Below are positions 1-13,335 of a DNA stretch of 64,000 nucleotides, piece by piece. The notes beneath the pieces were generated by a model that ran no database searches, had not been told where the DNA came from, and saw only the letters and a program-made list of their open reading frames with translations. Each line of letters starts with the position of its first letter. Within the stretch, counting starts at the first letter, position 1. The stretch covers positions 1,514,943-1,578,942 of the forward strand of contig MU053216.1 of assembly GCA_013239625.1 (NCBI GenBank), in the 5' to 3' direction. Made by a program: the position numbers and the translations under genes. This stretch comes from Lama guanicoe. Taxonomy: Eukaryota.

Positions 1-2732
1 GGACATGTTGCTCTAAACACCCAAACCAGTTTTAAATGAGCAAGGGGAGAATGACGGATTGGCTGATTTGTCTGTGTGGTGTGGAATAAGCAAATTCAGG
101 TTCAGGTGACGACAGATAATCTAGACAATTCTATTTCTGGGTTTGTCTTCCTGAATTAACCAGAGAATTAATACGGCAATGAAAACCCACCATATAATTT
201 CATCATCTTTCATTTGGTAGATTCGCAGATGAACCACGACTATTTGCTTCTTGTGGGAGCAAATGTTGATCTTGTACTTAACCTGCCTGTGCCGTCACAG
301 GGCATGGAGGGGTCCTTGTGACTCATGGAGAAAGAATCGGAAAACGGAAGTCAGGATGAAAGTTCCAACCTTTAGAGAATGAGGAGCCTTGGGGTTAACA
401 TTTTCTTTACCTTGTTTAAATCTCTGGAATGAATCATCATTGATTCACGGCCCAGCTGTTTTATTTCTAAATGGCCGAAATCTTGAATCCTAAATTGTCA
501 ACAGTATCAAAGAAAAAGTCTTCGAGAAGCCAGTATCCTTTTAGGTCAGTTATTTCTGCATCTCTCCAAAAAGATCGTGCAAAGGGCTAGTGATGTGTGA
601 TCAGATTTAAAGAGCAAAGCAGTTCACATCATCTCATTTGGGTCTCCTAACCTGCCCCCTGGTTATGCAGAGGAAAGTGCATTGTTGTTCCCATCTCAGA
701 AATAGAGAAAGTGGCACAAAGCCTTTTTAGAAACCTGGCCCACAGATCGCCGGCAAAACAGGAAGCAAGCCCATGGATTTCTGCTCTGCCTCCCGCGGAC
801 GGGCGCTCTGCCTTCTTTCCTGTTTCCTGGCTCTCCTGTGTCGAAATGCTTGGTGTGTTCAGCTGGGAAATTCCTTCATTAGAAATCCAGTTGAGTCATC
901 CTAGCCTTTGGAAGTGATTGTGAAATGACTGATCCTTGTTTTCTGGTTTATGTTGGGGCATTTTAGAGTTGGGTGGTCTGGAAGCTAAAGCAGGAGTGAG
1001 GGTTTACGGAGACCCCCAGGAGATGGGGAAGCCCTGACTCGTCACCAACATCAGCACCACCAACAAACATGCCCCGAGAACCTGCCACGTGCTGAGTCTG
1101 CAGATGCAAGGCCAAAGCAGACAAACCAATAACCACCAAGGGCACACGCGCCGCCCTCAGGGCTGGTAGTGAGGGCCGGGCACAAACACGATGTAGCTGA
1201 CAGCAGAGCTAGCAAGGCTAGGGGTGTGGTGCCCGCCTGTTTCAAATGAAATCCGGGACATGTGGACTAAGAGTGCTCATGGGGATGGAATCTCTTATTT
1301 TACTGCCGATCAGCAACATGGAACTCAGAGGAAAGGGTGATTATTAAGGATCCGGGCTGGTTGGTTAGACTTTGTGGAGGAGGTGCGGCCTGAAAGGGAA
1401 GCCTTCCCAGAACACCGGAGCGCAGACCAGCAGAAAGAAGGCAGGGACGGCACCACAATGGAAGGGCAGATGGCATGCATGTGGGCGTTGGTGTCCTGTT
1501 GGTTGGAACAGAGGGAATGAGTTATTGAGGAATAAACTCGAAGAGCCGTCAGGACCGGGTGGCGGAGAGCCTTGGATTCCGGCTAGGGATGTGCGGCCTT
1601 GTGGGTACTGAGTGGGCTGAGCTTGGACACGTGCAGTTAGGAGGTGATTTCACTTACCACCACTTCCTTGAAACACGCCCCAAATAGGATTTCTCTTCTC
1701 CACCCCTTGAGTTACTTTTGGAGCAGTGCCCATAGTTTTTAGGAAAAACTTAGGGCTTTTATTAAATCTAAATAAATATGCCAATCCTTCATCCAACTTA
1801 AAGCTCCTCCCTTGCCCTCAGCTCAGGCCAGACCCGTGGTTTGGGGCTGGCTGTGGGTGAGGGTCTGATCTGTTCCGCTCCACCTCCTCCCCACCACGGC
1901 CCTTGGCTTCTTTAGGCCTGGAGGTGGCAGTGGAGCAGGGATCAGAGGAACAGAGGCAAAGGCTGTTTCTTACATCTGATCATGCTTTTAATTCTGTCCT
2001 CACCTAGTGCACAGCGGGCGTCCACACACAGCATGTGAGGGAGGTCTCTGGTGCGCCCACTGGGTGTCTGACGCAGGCTGTCCCGGCCTGACAGCTCCAG
2101 CCTCCGATATGTCACTCACAGCCTCTCTCTACTGGGATCCAGGCAGGCCCCCGTCTTGGGTGGGTCCTTCCAAGGCCGTCCCTTCCCAGCTGCTCGCCGT
2201 GGTAGGCACCGGGTCCACAGGAAACTGCACTGCCTTGCTCCAGAGTTGGACGACAGCTCCCCGGGACGGTGGGCCGCTCCCCGGCTGCCTCCTGCCCTGC
2301 TCCAGGGGCGGCTTCAGCTCTGCTCCCCACCCGTGAGTCTTCCAGGGAGGAGGTAGATATCGGGCCCTCCTTTCATCCTCTGTGACCCAATTTCCTGGGG
2401 ACATTTTCTACTCCAAAATGTTATGTTTTATTGTGTTAGCCAACACTTTAAGCTGGGAAGTGAGACACCAGTCTCCCCTCTTGTCGACAGCGTCATCTCT
2501 GCGAGCAAGTCGTCTGGGGTCCCTTTCCCTCGGGCTTAGCGGTGGGAGGGGAGCTGCCCACTTTCCACTCACGTGAACTCCCTGACTACCCGGCGGCTCC
2601 TTACTGAACCTCTCACAGATTGGGAGCTGGCGGGGTGGGCGGTGGTGACTGCTGACGATTCTGTTTGGTCCCTTCCTCGTCGGTCCTGCACAAGTGTGGC
2701 CAGCTGTTGCAGAAAAATGTGTTATAGCTCGG

Positions 2733-3384
2733 TGTTACTGCTCAGTTGGACAGCAACCTGACTCCCACCGAGAAATAAAAGAACTCAGGTTTGTTCCTCC
2801 CCCGGGCCCATAAAACCTAACACTGCAAGCTCTGGGCCTCATCGCTAAGACTACACAGGCCTTTTATATGCTGCCAGTTTTACACTTTGCAACATCATAT
2901 GCAAATAAAGTACAACAGAAATTGACCAACCAGGAACAAGCTTTGTAGAACTAGCCCAATCAGGAATGAGCTCCATGCAAATAAAGTACTATAAATGGAC
3001 CAATCAGAAGTTAGGGAAGTGGACCAATCAGAAGTGAGAGTAGTAACCAACCAGGAGTGAAGGAAATAACCAATCAGAAGTGAGCTCAGGGAACCAATAG
3101 AATTCTAGGTGTAAGTTAGCCGGTTTAGAGGCCAAAAGTGAGAGCCTCTGGGCCAGGAAACCGGAGGGCGCTGGGAGGAGAGCAGCGGCCCTGCCTGGGT
3201 CTCCTGCCGGTCTTTTTATGGGGCTTCCCGCCTCACAGCGTCTTTCTTAACTGGGGGCCCGTTTGTCACCCGCTGTCCGAGCCTTGAGGCTTTGGCTGAA
3301 ATACTGAGGTAAAATCTTCCGCATCCTGGGACGTGGGCTTGGGGAGTCCGAGGAAGAGGAAGACGCTTAGATTGTCTCCTTACA
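2733..3384. mobile_element. Probable ERV solo LTR with CCAAT/octamer array
   Basis: TG...CA-type termini (tgttac at 2733, ttaca ending 3384), internal short tandem duplications, five CCAAT boxes, two ATGCAAAT octamers, TATA-like ATATAAAA on the minus strand at 2862-2869. No TSD found, so boundaries and orientation are uncertain. Confidence 0.45.
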
Positions 3385-4195
3385 ACTTGCCTGGGGCTCT
3401 CGGGTCTGGCCGGGGGCCTCCGCAGACCGGCCGCAGCCAGGCCTTGGCCGGCCGGCGGGCTGCGGGCTGCGCTGCCGGGGCCCGCGGGTTCGTCTCTGCG
3501 CCGCCGGCTCCCAGCGCCCGCCTCGTGGGTCAGGCCGCCGCCCTTCCCGCTTTGCGGCAGGGGTCCTTCTGATGCTCTGTTTTCTACTAATATTCTTTCA
3601 AAATCAGCTTTAATCAATATTTATGCACCTAAGTTTGGGCGCTGTTTTCCCTCCTAACGTACGTTCCTGAAGCAAATCCGTGTCGGGCCGCAAGCCCGTG
3701 TGGCCGCTCCAGGACCGGTATGTGGTGTCTTCCTTTGACGTGTGCTCTCGGCCGGCTGCGGCCTACCTTCGAGCTGTCGTGTGGGAAAACTTGGGGTTCA
3801 TGTTTCTGAAGTTTTTATTTGATTTTCTGAACATTATAGCAGTACCCCATGCGTCTAATAACAAGTGAAGTAACACGGAACCAACATACATAAGATAAAG
3901 CTAATGATCTCCTGTTTCCCGCCTCTGCCCCAGCGCCACCCGCACCTGCCGCTTCCCTGAGGTAACCGCTGTGAGTACTTGTTAACACGTACGCAAATAC
4001 ACACATATGTACTCAGATGTGTCGGGGGGCTTCTGTTGTCGCCCTTTACAGAGTTCCAGATTTTCAGAGATTGGTGCCGGATCCTGACTTCCTCTCAAAC
4101 ACCCTCAGCCGTGCATCCAGCTTACTTTTCTCATCTAATCATTTATCAGATTCCTCTGCAAGTTAGTAGATCTCCATCTGTAAATGCTTTCTAAT

Positions 4196-4430
4196 TTCTT
4201 TTTTTTTTATTGAAGTATAATCAGTTTACTAGGTTGTGTCAATTTCTGGTGTACAGCACAATACTTAAGTCATACATGAAAATACATATATTTGTTTTCA
4301 TATTCTTTTTCACCATAAGTTACCGTGAGATACTGAATATAGTTCCCTGTGCTACACAGCATGAACTTGTTTATCTGTTTTATGTGTATCAGTATCTGCA
4401 CATCTTGAACTCCCCATTTATCCTGTTTTC
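4196..4430 (-). mobile_element. L1 3' end fragment
   Basis: Poly-T followed by attgaagtataatcagtttac...atagttccctgtgctacacagc, the reverse complement of an artiodactyl-type L1 3'UTR. Confidence 0.75.
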
Positions 4431-5490
4431 TCATTTCTTCACGCACACGCTCTCTCACACACAGGTTATTTCACACAGGAGCGCTTTCCCGTACATCCTA
4501 GAGTGTGTATTCACCTTGTTTAGTCTTCCCCCCTTATTTATTGATTTGCACCCTCTCCTCCTTTCTCTTCCCCTCCTCCCCTAGCCCTCTGTGCACCCTC
4601 TTCTCCTGCAGGGAATTTGTGTGAACCAGATGATACATTTGGGTTTTCTCCAGATGCACATAACCGTACATAGATATGTAGACTTAAATCATGGTTTGTG
4701 TTGCAAAAATGAGATTGTATTATAGAGTCTGCTCTCTCCCTTAGTTTTCTCCTGCAGTAGTATCTCATCCAGATCCCTTTGTGTTCACTGGCAGAATGTT
4801 AATGCTTTCTTCTTCAGGGCTGCATAGTATTTCACAGTGTGGATGCATGTAACATATCCACCCATTCCTCTCTCAATGAACATTCACTTTGCTTCACATC
4901 TTTTTCACTATGAAAGATGTCACAGTGCACATCATACATATGTTCTGGGAACTCTTGTTTCTAGAAATAGATTCCCAGAAGGATCGCAGGGTTGAAGATG
5001 TGCACAGTTTTAATTTTAAGAAATATTGCCATATTCCTTTCCAAAAGACTTTACATTTCCACCAGAAAGAATTCTTTCCCCCAGGCCCATCCAGAAATAG
5101 GTGTAATCATGCCTTTTAACTTGACAATCTGATGAATGGAATATTTAATGCTTACCTTAATTTGCATCCCCAGCCACTGGTGAGTCTGAACATCTTTGCG
5201 TCCATTTCTTGGCATCTTGTATTTGATCTTCTCTGAGTGGAATGTGCTCTGCCCACTGCGAGGTTGTGTGTGTGTTTGTGTGTGTGTGTGTGTTTGTGGT
5301 GGGGGGTGTCTTACCCGTTTGTTACACTTCTTTGCATGTTACAGACATTAGCCCTCTTCCTGTTGTAAGCGTTGTGAGTGTGATTGTCTGCTCCACCATT
5401 TATTTGTCAAGTTTGTGTTTGATGTAGCTTGCCATTCAAACATTTTTAATTTTCGTATTGCTGAATACAGCTTTTTATAAACCAGCATCA

Positions 5491-5585
5491 GGGGGTGGGG
5501 GTGTTGCGCAGTGGTAGGGCATGTGCTTAGCACGCACAGGGTCCTGGCTTCAATCCTCAGTACCTCCATAAAAAAAAGAAAAGAA
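5491..5585 (+). mobile_element. tRNA-Ala-derived SINE (Vic-1-like)
   Basis: gcagtggtagggcatgtgcttagcacgcacagggtcctggcttcaatcctcagtacctcc plus A-rich tail. Confidence 0.85.
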
Positions 5586-6324
5586 GGAACCCAGCACTGA
5601 ACATCCTGTCTCAGGCGAGAAGTTCTCATTAAGCTCACATACTGCTCCAGAGCTATTCTTGTAGAATGTTCATTGTTTCATAATTTTACCTGCTGCGGCA
5701 TAGAGTGTGGGGGTATTCTTTTCCAGATGAATAACCAGTCATGCCGGCACCACATGGCAATAAATGATTCTTTTCCTCCAAATGGAAAACCCGTCTCTGC
5801 TTAACATCATGCTCCCTGACTCCAGGGTGCTCCCCTGGCCTGTCTGGTCGCAGACCTGTGGCACAAAAATTTGAATGCAGTGGCCTTGGGGCTGCATCCC
5901 GGTACCTCGGGAGGCTGGTTCTCTGTCGGTAGACTTTGTTGTTATATATGCTGCATGTTATATGCTCCCGAGCTTTACCCTTCCAAGTGAGCACTGAGGT
6001 CTTTTGATCCCACTTTTCACCCCCATTTAAAACAACAACCACAACCCTGATTAGAATTCGAATTGGATTGCACTGAATTTCTATCTTAATTTTGAGAAAT
6101 CTGTCATTGTTAAAATGCCTTCCCACTCAAGGACTTGGAAACTCGTTCCATTTTGTTCAGTTGTAGGTATTTCAATAAGATTTTTACCTTTTTCATGCAG
6201 ACACTATGCCTTTAAAATATATACATAGCTATACATCTCCAATAACGATTGGTGTGTATTTCTCTCATTCTTAGTGCCCTTTGAAATCCTGAAAAAAAAT
6301 TATAAGCTGTTATTTTTCACCCTC

Positions 6325-6450
6325 TTTTTTTTTTTTGACGGGAGTACTTAGGTTTATTCATTTATTTATTTTTAGAGGAGGTACTGGGGATTGAACCCAG
6401 GACCTCATGCACGCTGAGCACACGCTCTACCACTTGAGCAATACCCTCCC
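6325..6450 (-). mobile_element. tRNA-Ala-derived SINE (Vic-1-like)
   Basis: Reverse complement of the SINE head (ggtactggggattgaacccaggacc...ctctaccacttgagc) with the tttatt/taggttt tail. Confidence 0.9.
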
Positions 6451-7736
6451 CTAGAAGCTAATATTTTTGATTGAAAATTTAATTGAGATCATTGGAGGTG
6501 AGCACACAGTTTTAAGTCATAATATGTAGAGAGTCCGTATACCTCTTGCCCAGCTTCCCCAGCGGCGACGTCGTGCCGAGCAGTGGCACGACATCAGAGC
6601 AGGGTATTGACGTTGTGAAATCTACCCCTTGTCCTCAGGGTTCCCCAGTGTTGCTTGTTTTTATTTGTGTGTGTTTGGTGTATTCCGTTCCATACAGTGT
6701 TATTTCATGTGTAAGTCTGTGTGTCCACCGTCAAGGCCGAGTTGCTCACTCGATAAAACTGGTGGCAGGAGATACTGAATAGTTCCAGCCCCACAAGGAG
6801 CTGTTATATTATCCTTTTATAACCACCCCGCCCACCCTACCTCACTTATTCCTGACCCCTGGCACCACTAAACCATAATTTTGTCATTTCAAAACATTAT
6901 GGAAATGAATTTATATGGCATGTGCCATTTTGGGATTGGCCTCCCAGCCCCTGCGTGCTCCCTGTGGACCAGCCCAGCTGCCCTGCGCGTGTCGGTCGGT
7001 GACCCCTTTCATTGCTGAGTCGGGGTCTGCAGCACCAACGCGCTCAGTGCGTTTCATCGCTCCCCTGTAGAAGGACGTCTGGCTGCTTCTGGGTTTGGGG
7101 CCATCTGGGGAAAGCTGCGACGGACAGTCATGCAAAGGTTTTTGTGTGAACATGAGTTTTCATTTCTCTGGGATGGGTACTCGAGGGTGCAGTTGCTGAG
7201 CTGTACAGTAATTGCACGTTTAGTTTTATAAGAAACTCCCAGACTGTTTTCCAAAGTGTCTCTACCATTTTGCATTTTTATGCTTGACACCAAAAGCATA
7301 AACCATCAAAGGGAAAATTAGTGAACTGGACTTTATCAAAATTTAAGAACTTTTGCTCTCCCAAAGCCCACGTGAAAAGGATAAAAAGATAAACTACAGA
7401 CTAGGGGAAAATAATTCCAAACCACATACCTGACAAAGGATTAGCAATCTAGAATGTGTAAAGATTCCCTCGAATTCAACATGAAAAAAACAAACAATCC
7501 AGTTAGAAAATCGGCAGAGACGTGAATGAACATGTCACTAAAGGGCACCTACAGTATCAAATTAGCAGATGGAAAAACGTTCTCTCTGATGAAGATGTGC
7601 ACATGCCAACAGGTACGTGGAAAAATGCTCAGTGTCACTAATTATCAGAGAAACGCAAATCAAAACTACAATGAGGTACCATCTCACCCCAGTCAGAATG
7701 GCCATCAATCTCCGATTTTCTCTGGGGCAGGTTGGT

Positions 7737-7844
7737 GGGAGGTAATCAGGTTTATTTGTTTGTTTTTTAATGGAGGTACTGAGGATTGAACCCAGGACCT
7801 CGTGCATGCCAGGCACACACTGTCCCACTGAGCTACACCCTCCC
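7737..7844 (-). mobile_element. tRNA-Ala-derived SINE (Vic-1-like)
   Basis: gggaggtaatcaggtttatt...ggaggtactgaggattgaacccaggacc...gagctacaccctccc. Confidence 0.9.
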
Positions 7845-8580
7845 ACCCTCTTTGTGTGATTTTATATCGAAGCAATACTGGCTTCATAACACATGAGTTT
7901 TGAAGTGTTCCTTCTGTTTCTATTTCCTGGAAAAGACTCTGTAAAACTGATGTTAATTCCTCTTTAAATATTTGATAAGACTCCCCAGTGAAGCCATCTG
8001 GGGTTGAGGATTTCTTTTTAGGAATTTTTAAATTACAAGTTTAATTTTTTTATGGTTATATAATGATTTATTTTGTCTACTATGTCTTGGCTGAATTTTG
8101 GTAGTTGGTGATTTTTAAGAAATTGGTTCATTTCTTTAAAGTTTTCAAATTTATGAACATAAAGCTGTTCATGGTATTCCCTGCAGGATTTGTAACTGCA
8201 TCCCTAATATTCTGTTTTGTCATCTCTCTTTATCTTTGTCAATCTTGCTAGAAATGATCACTTTTATTGATTTTTTTTAAGAACCAACTTTTTAAAATGA
8301 TTTTCTCTGTTTTTCTATTTCCAATTTTATTAATTTTTGTTCCTTTTGTTTTAAAAAAAACTTTTCTTCTCTTTACTGGGGCTTTATTTTGTTTTTCTCC
8401 TTTTAATTTCTTAAGGTTGGAACTTAATTGACTGATTTAAGACCTTTACTTGCTTCTAATGTGAGCGTTTTGTGCTATAAATTTCCCTCCCAGCACTGCT
8501 TTAGCTGCATCCCACATATTTTGATGTGTTACATATTTACCTTCTTTCCATTGCTTATATTTTAAAAAATTTCTCTTGTA

Positions 8581-8715
8581 GGGGAGGGTATAGTGGTTGA
8601 GTGTGTGCTTAGCAGGCACAAGGTCCTAGGTTCAATCCCCAGTATCTCCTCTAAAAATAAATAAATAGATAAATAAACAAACAAAACTACCTAATTCTCT
8701 CTCCCCACCTCCGAA
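8581..8715 (+). mobile_element. tRNA-Ala-derived SINE (Vic-1-like)
   Basis: ggggagggtatagtggttgagtgtgtgcttagcaggcacaaggtcctaggttcaatccccagtatctcc plus aaataaataa tail. Confidence 0.9.
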
Positions 8716-10849
8716 AAGAAATTGCCCTTGAGGCTTCCTCTTTGATCCATGGGTTATCTAGAAGCATGTTGCTTCATTTCCCCATGTTTGGAGGTTTTCC
8801 TTTTGTCTGTTTGTTGCTGATTTCTAACTTGATTCCAACATGGTAAAAGCATACAACTCCGTGTGATTTCAGTTATTTAAAGTCGGGTAAGGTTCACTTT
8901 ATGGCCCAAGCTATGGTCTACCGTGATGAGTCTTCCATGGGTGCTCGAGAGACTTCTCTGGTTTTCTGATGGCATAGCAGCAGCCAGGAGTTCAGACTTC
9001 TGCTCCCTGATCTCCTCAAATTCTCCTGGTCTCCATCAGTTTGGTTCTTCCCAAGCTCCTTGGGGTCAGTGAGAATATACCAAGTACTTGGGGCAGAAAT
9101 CAACCTGCTGGCAGGCCCACTGTCATGGCCCCATCAGGGGGTTCAACTACTAGACCCCACCATTGTCAGGTCTTTGCATCCATGTGTCCCACCCTCCCCC
9201 GACCCCCGTCCTGCCCGCAGTGAAGACAGTGCCACACTCGGCCTGTGTTTCTCTCCCCTCTTGCCTGCGGAGTGGCCCCAGCAGATGCAGCTGGAAGTGG
9301 AGGGGGTGTGAGAGACAGTCCGCTGCAGTCTCCCCTGCAGAAGGTTGAAGTTAATTATTTTTTCACATTCACCCAGATCATCTTTCATGCTAAATGGACA
9401 GTGTGCAAGTAAGGTCTTTGTGAGTCATCTAAATATAAAAACATACTTGGAATTAAAGTTTCAAGGAACATTTTATACATTCCTTACAGAACTCAAACCA
9501 ACCAAATGGCTTTTGCTCAGACTCTCCAATGTGAATGTTTATATGTGGACATGAAGCATGAGAAACGTCAGACTTGGCTTAGAAACTGAGCAAATGGCAG
9601 AATCTCTGGTTTTAGGATGGAGTGGTTATTTGATCTCTGTGCAGACCTCAGCATATTCTTCTTTTTTCCTCTGGAAAGCTATAATTTGAATTTAAGAGCA
9701 GTAGTCTAGAGCAAAATGCTAATCAAAATCAGAAAACCGTGTATTAGATCCTCTCGTGAGCGAGGCACCATGTAAAGGAGACCCTAGCATCCATCTCTGA
9801 AGACTTGAAGCGCGTTTTCTGACCCCAGCATCAGTCCTTCATGTGTTATTTCTTCTCGCGGATCTCAGGACCCCCCAGATTGCCTACCTTCTTAGCCATG
9901 ACCAGCTGTTTTTTCTTCCAGAGCTCCTTTTTTCCCAAGATTAGCCTCCAAGGGAGAAACTCCTGCCATTTTTGAAGCCAGACACAAGCCTTTTCATTTT
10001 ATGGGTTTCCATTGCTCCACATGGTTGAGTAACAGGGAGTTCAATGTAAACAAACGTTGGAAAAGTACAGAAGTTGAAAAACTTACCAAAAGTGATTTTT
10101 TTTTTAACCAAAAGTGATCTGAAATAGTGTCCCTAGTAAAACGCAGCTGAAGCTGGGAGCCCCACCAGCCCCCGTGTTAGTTGTCGTGGAGTGAGCCTGG
10201 CAGGGATGGGGAGATGGGAGGTGGGCAGAGCATTGTCAGAGAGAGCCTGGGGGGCCTCTGCCTTGCTTCCGTCACTCACTCCACTGGCTCCGGCTCAGGG
10301 GGAGCTTCCTTTCCCTGCCCCCACCCTCGGCCCCTCCCCTCTTCTCTGGGGCTCAGGCACCCCCATAATCTTACTGGAGTAAAACTTTGGGGCCCTGGTC
10401 ACTCATCCAAAGGCCTGCAGGCATTTGAAGCCGGTCATTTATATCCCCGGATGAGTTCTGTGTCTAGCGCTTTCACACAGGACATGTCACTTGAGCTTAT
10501 TCCCTAAGTGTCATGGATGAAGGGAGTTAATCGTGGAGTAATCAGGGAGTAGCTGTTGCTTCGTTTGCAGGAACGATCAGGCTCACATGTAAGTCATGAC
10601 TCCACATCCAAGTGCGGTAACATGAGTTTGAGAAGAGGTTCAAAGAAAATTCAAATGATTACTAAAGGTCTGGAAAGTAAGACTATATTAACAAGTGCAA
10701 ATACGCGTTTGGTCGCCGCATAGATGAGAGAGGATCTTTTCAAGCTTGTCTACAACCCGTTTTTTTTGTTTATTAATCACTGAGCCAAATCAAAATGTGG
10801 TCAAAATCTTTTTTTAAAGACTGTATTTTAAAAGGTGGCAGAGTTCATC

Positions 10850-11060
10850 GATGTTGGTTTGGTACTATTAATAGTTTGGGATGATTCTTTGGAGGATAAG
10901 TGTGCCTACGTGTCCGTGTCCGTGTCCGTGTGTGTGTGTCCGTGTGTGTGTGTCCCTGTGTGTGTGCTCTGTAGGGGGTTTAGCAGCAGCCCTGGCCTCC
11001 ATCCACTGGACACCAGAAGCATTTCCCCTCCCCTCCGGTTGTAACAACCAAAAAAATCTG
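10850..11060. mobile_element. MER20-like hAT relic interrupted by a TG/GTCC microsatellite (about 10901-10965)
   Basis: tttagcagcagccctggcctccatccactggacaccagaagc...ggttgtaacaaccaaaaa matches the recalled MER20 consensus. Confidence 0.65.
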
Positions 11061-12109
11061 CCTGGGGTACAGTCACGCCCTGGGAGAAAGGGTTAAAGGA
11101 GTTAAGATATTCAGCACAAAGAAGAGCTTTTAATTACAGTGTCCAAATACACAAGGGGGTCTCACGCTGGTGACAGTCAGCAGCAGATTTCTATTTCCAC
11201 TGAGAACAGAGGAATTTCAGCCCATAGGGTTTGGATAAAACAGAGCTCATGAATTTCTTGTGAGGCTTGTTGCGTACCTGCGTGGGCTGCTAGCAAGGAA
11301 GGGAACTCCGTCCTCTGCCCGCCTTTGGACGAAGTGATTCTGACGCGGTCATTCCTTAGGGGGGGATGTGATGGCCCTTTGGGGGCCTCTGGCCTGAGTC
11401 CTTTCACTGGGGACAAGACAAGAGACTTCACGTCGTGTGCTCACACCAGCGATCAGATGGGACTTTTCCAGACAGCGTGGAAGATGAGCGTTCTTACTGT
11501 TTGGATGTTATTAGAAACAATACAGTAATCCATAAAACCGTCCTTCACTGTTTTTTTTTGAAGATACTTCATAAGGGACTTGGAGGAAGTTTGATGGGCT
11601 CTGTGTTCCATCTGGTTTCATCTTCCTCTGAATTATTTATTCACTCTGAGTGGGGAGAAGCACTGTGGGTGCTTTTTAAGAACCACAGGGTGAGACTATG
11701 AGTCTGAGAAAGGAGAGTGTGGCTTCCTAGAAAAGAAGCTATTAACAAACAGAAAGAAAGTGACTGATGCCTTTTTAAACTTACTTATATTCCCACCTCA
11801 TTCCAGAAAGATTTACGGCTGAGTTCTCTATAATGACCAAATTTTTAAGCTCTTAATTCTACAGTAATAGTTGTTACTTAGCAATGCATGACAAAGAATT
11901 CTTGACGCCTGTAATCAGACAAGTGCTTCAGAGTTCTGGAAGTGCAGTGCAGAACAGCGATGCTTTGTGCGTCTTGGCTGTCTGATAATAGCTCATTCAT
12001 TTAAATATATGAATGAGTCAGATGCTATGCTTGGTTTTTAATTATTTTATTTAATTTTTTAAGTTGTTTGTTGTAGTGTTACCTTTAGGGGATTTAGAAA
12101 TAACTTCAA

Positions 12110-12570
12110 ATGTATTGTTTAGGATTCTTTCTATTGCAGGTCACAGGAAACCCACTACAAACTGGTGTAAGGAGAAAAATAGAACAGAACGGAAATGGAG
12201 AAGAGGCTTTACTAGATCTTGTAGCTAAGAAACCCCAAACTTGGCTGGATCCCAGACTTTAAAAAAAAGTAGATTTTATGGTCATGCTCCACGTAGCAAG
12301 ATGGCCTCAGAATTAAAGGAGAGGCTGCTTTTCTAGTAGCTGGAATGAGCCACGTGTCCAGCCCTGAACCAGTCACCAGTGTCTTGGGAATGTGGTGTCC
12401 AGGGAATGGCTGGCTAGGCTTGGTCACAAGTCGCCCCTGGATTCAAGAATGGAGACCCCCGCCCCAACCACATGGACTGAGAGGAAGACTAGATTCCCAA
12501 ATAAAACCCAGAATTGTGACTGGAGGTGGAGGGGATGGGTGTCAGGCACCCAAGGACAAACGTCCTTCAC
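12110..12570. mobile_element. MLT1 (ERVL-MaLR) LTR relic
   Basis: gttaggattctttctattgcagg...cacgtgtccagccctgaaccagtcacc...ggctggctaggcttggtcac, typical MLT1K-like text. Confidence 0.55.
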
Positions 12571-12744
12571 ACACGTTACTTGCATTTGGGTATTTCAGCG
12601 ATTAGGGTTAGATTTTGTGAAATGTGAAGATGCCACATTTCCTGAGTCAAATGAATATGGTGGGTGCAGCTTTTCCTCACTTGCTTTCTATACATAGGCA
12701 AGTATCAGTTTGTATGTCTGTAATTTTTAAAACTTTCTTGTTTT

Positions 12745-12791
12745 GGGGGGGAGGGGAGGTAATTAGGTTTATTTATTTACTTTTTTTTTTT
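12745..12791 (-). mobile_element. SINE tail only (5'-truncated Vic-1-like)
   Basis: ggggaggtaattaggtttatttattt without the tRNA-derived head. Confidence 0.65.
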
Positions 12792-12819
12792 GTAGATGTA
12801 CTGTTCCGTTTGGAAGTTA

Positions 12820-13335
12820 AGGTTGGTGCCACCTACGTGGGTTCCTGCTGCAAGGAATTGGAGAGGGGCTAGACACGGACGTGATCACCAGTGGCCAGTG
12901 ATGAAATCAATCGTGCCTAACAAATGAAGCTTCAGAAAGCTCTAAACGCAGGATTTGGAGAGCATCTGGGTTGGTGAACACATCAAGGTACAGGAGTGGC
13001 GGGCCAGCAGCTCCGTCACCCCCCATACCTGGCCCTGGGTGTCTCTTCTGCCAGGCTTGTCCTGAGTCGTGTCCTTTGTGAGAAATGGTGATAGTCAGCG
13101 TGTCCCTAAGTCCTGCGAGCGAATGATCAAGCTGGGCAGAGGGCGCGGGAGCCCCGGACTTGGAGCTGGCGGTTAGAGGTACTGGCGCCCGGGACCGGCC
13201 ACTAGCACCTGAGGGTGGGGGTGGTCTGGGGGGTCTGAGCCCCTAACCTGTCTGCACTGACGCTGGGTACCTACTGTCAGAATCACTCAATGGGATGGAA
13301 AGTCCCACACATCTGGCCTCAGAAGTGCTGTGGGG
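12820..13335. mobile_element. MER21-like LTR relic
   Basis: tgatcaccagtggccagtgatgaaatcaatcgtgcc...ggttggtgaacacatcaagg...ccccatacctggccct resembles the recalled MER21 consensus. Confidence 0.6.

Larger units (their letters stand above)
6470..8960 (-). mobile_element. Fragmented old L1 (3'UTR and ORF2), with an oppositely oriented piece about 7283-7708 and two SINE insertions
   Basis: Antisense L1 text (ttttcatttctctgggatggg, ccagactgttttccaaagtg, ccagtgaagccatctggg, gctataaatttccctc); 7283-7708 reads as sense-strand L1 ORF2 3' region. Confidence 0.7.
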
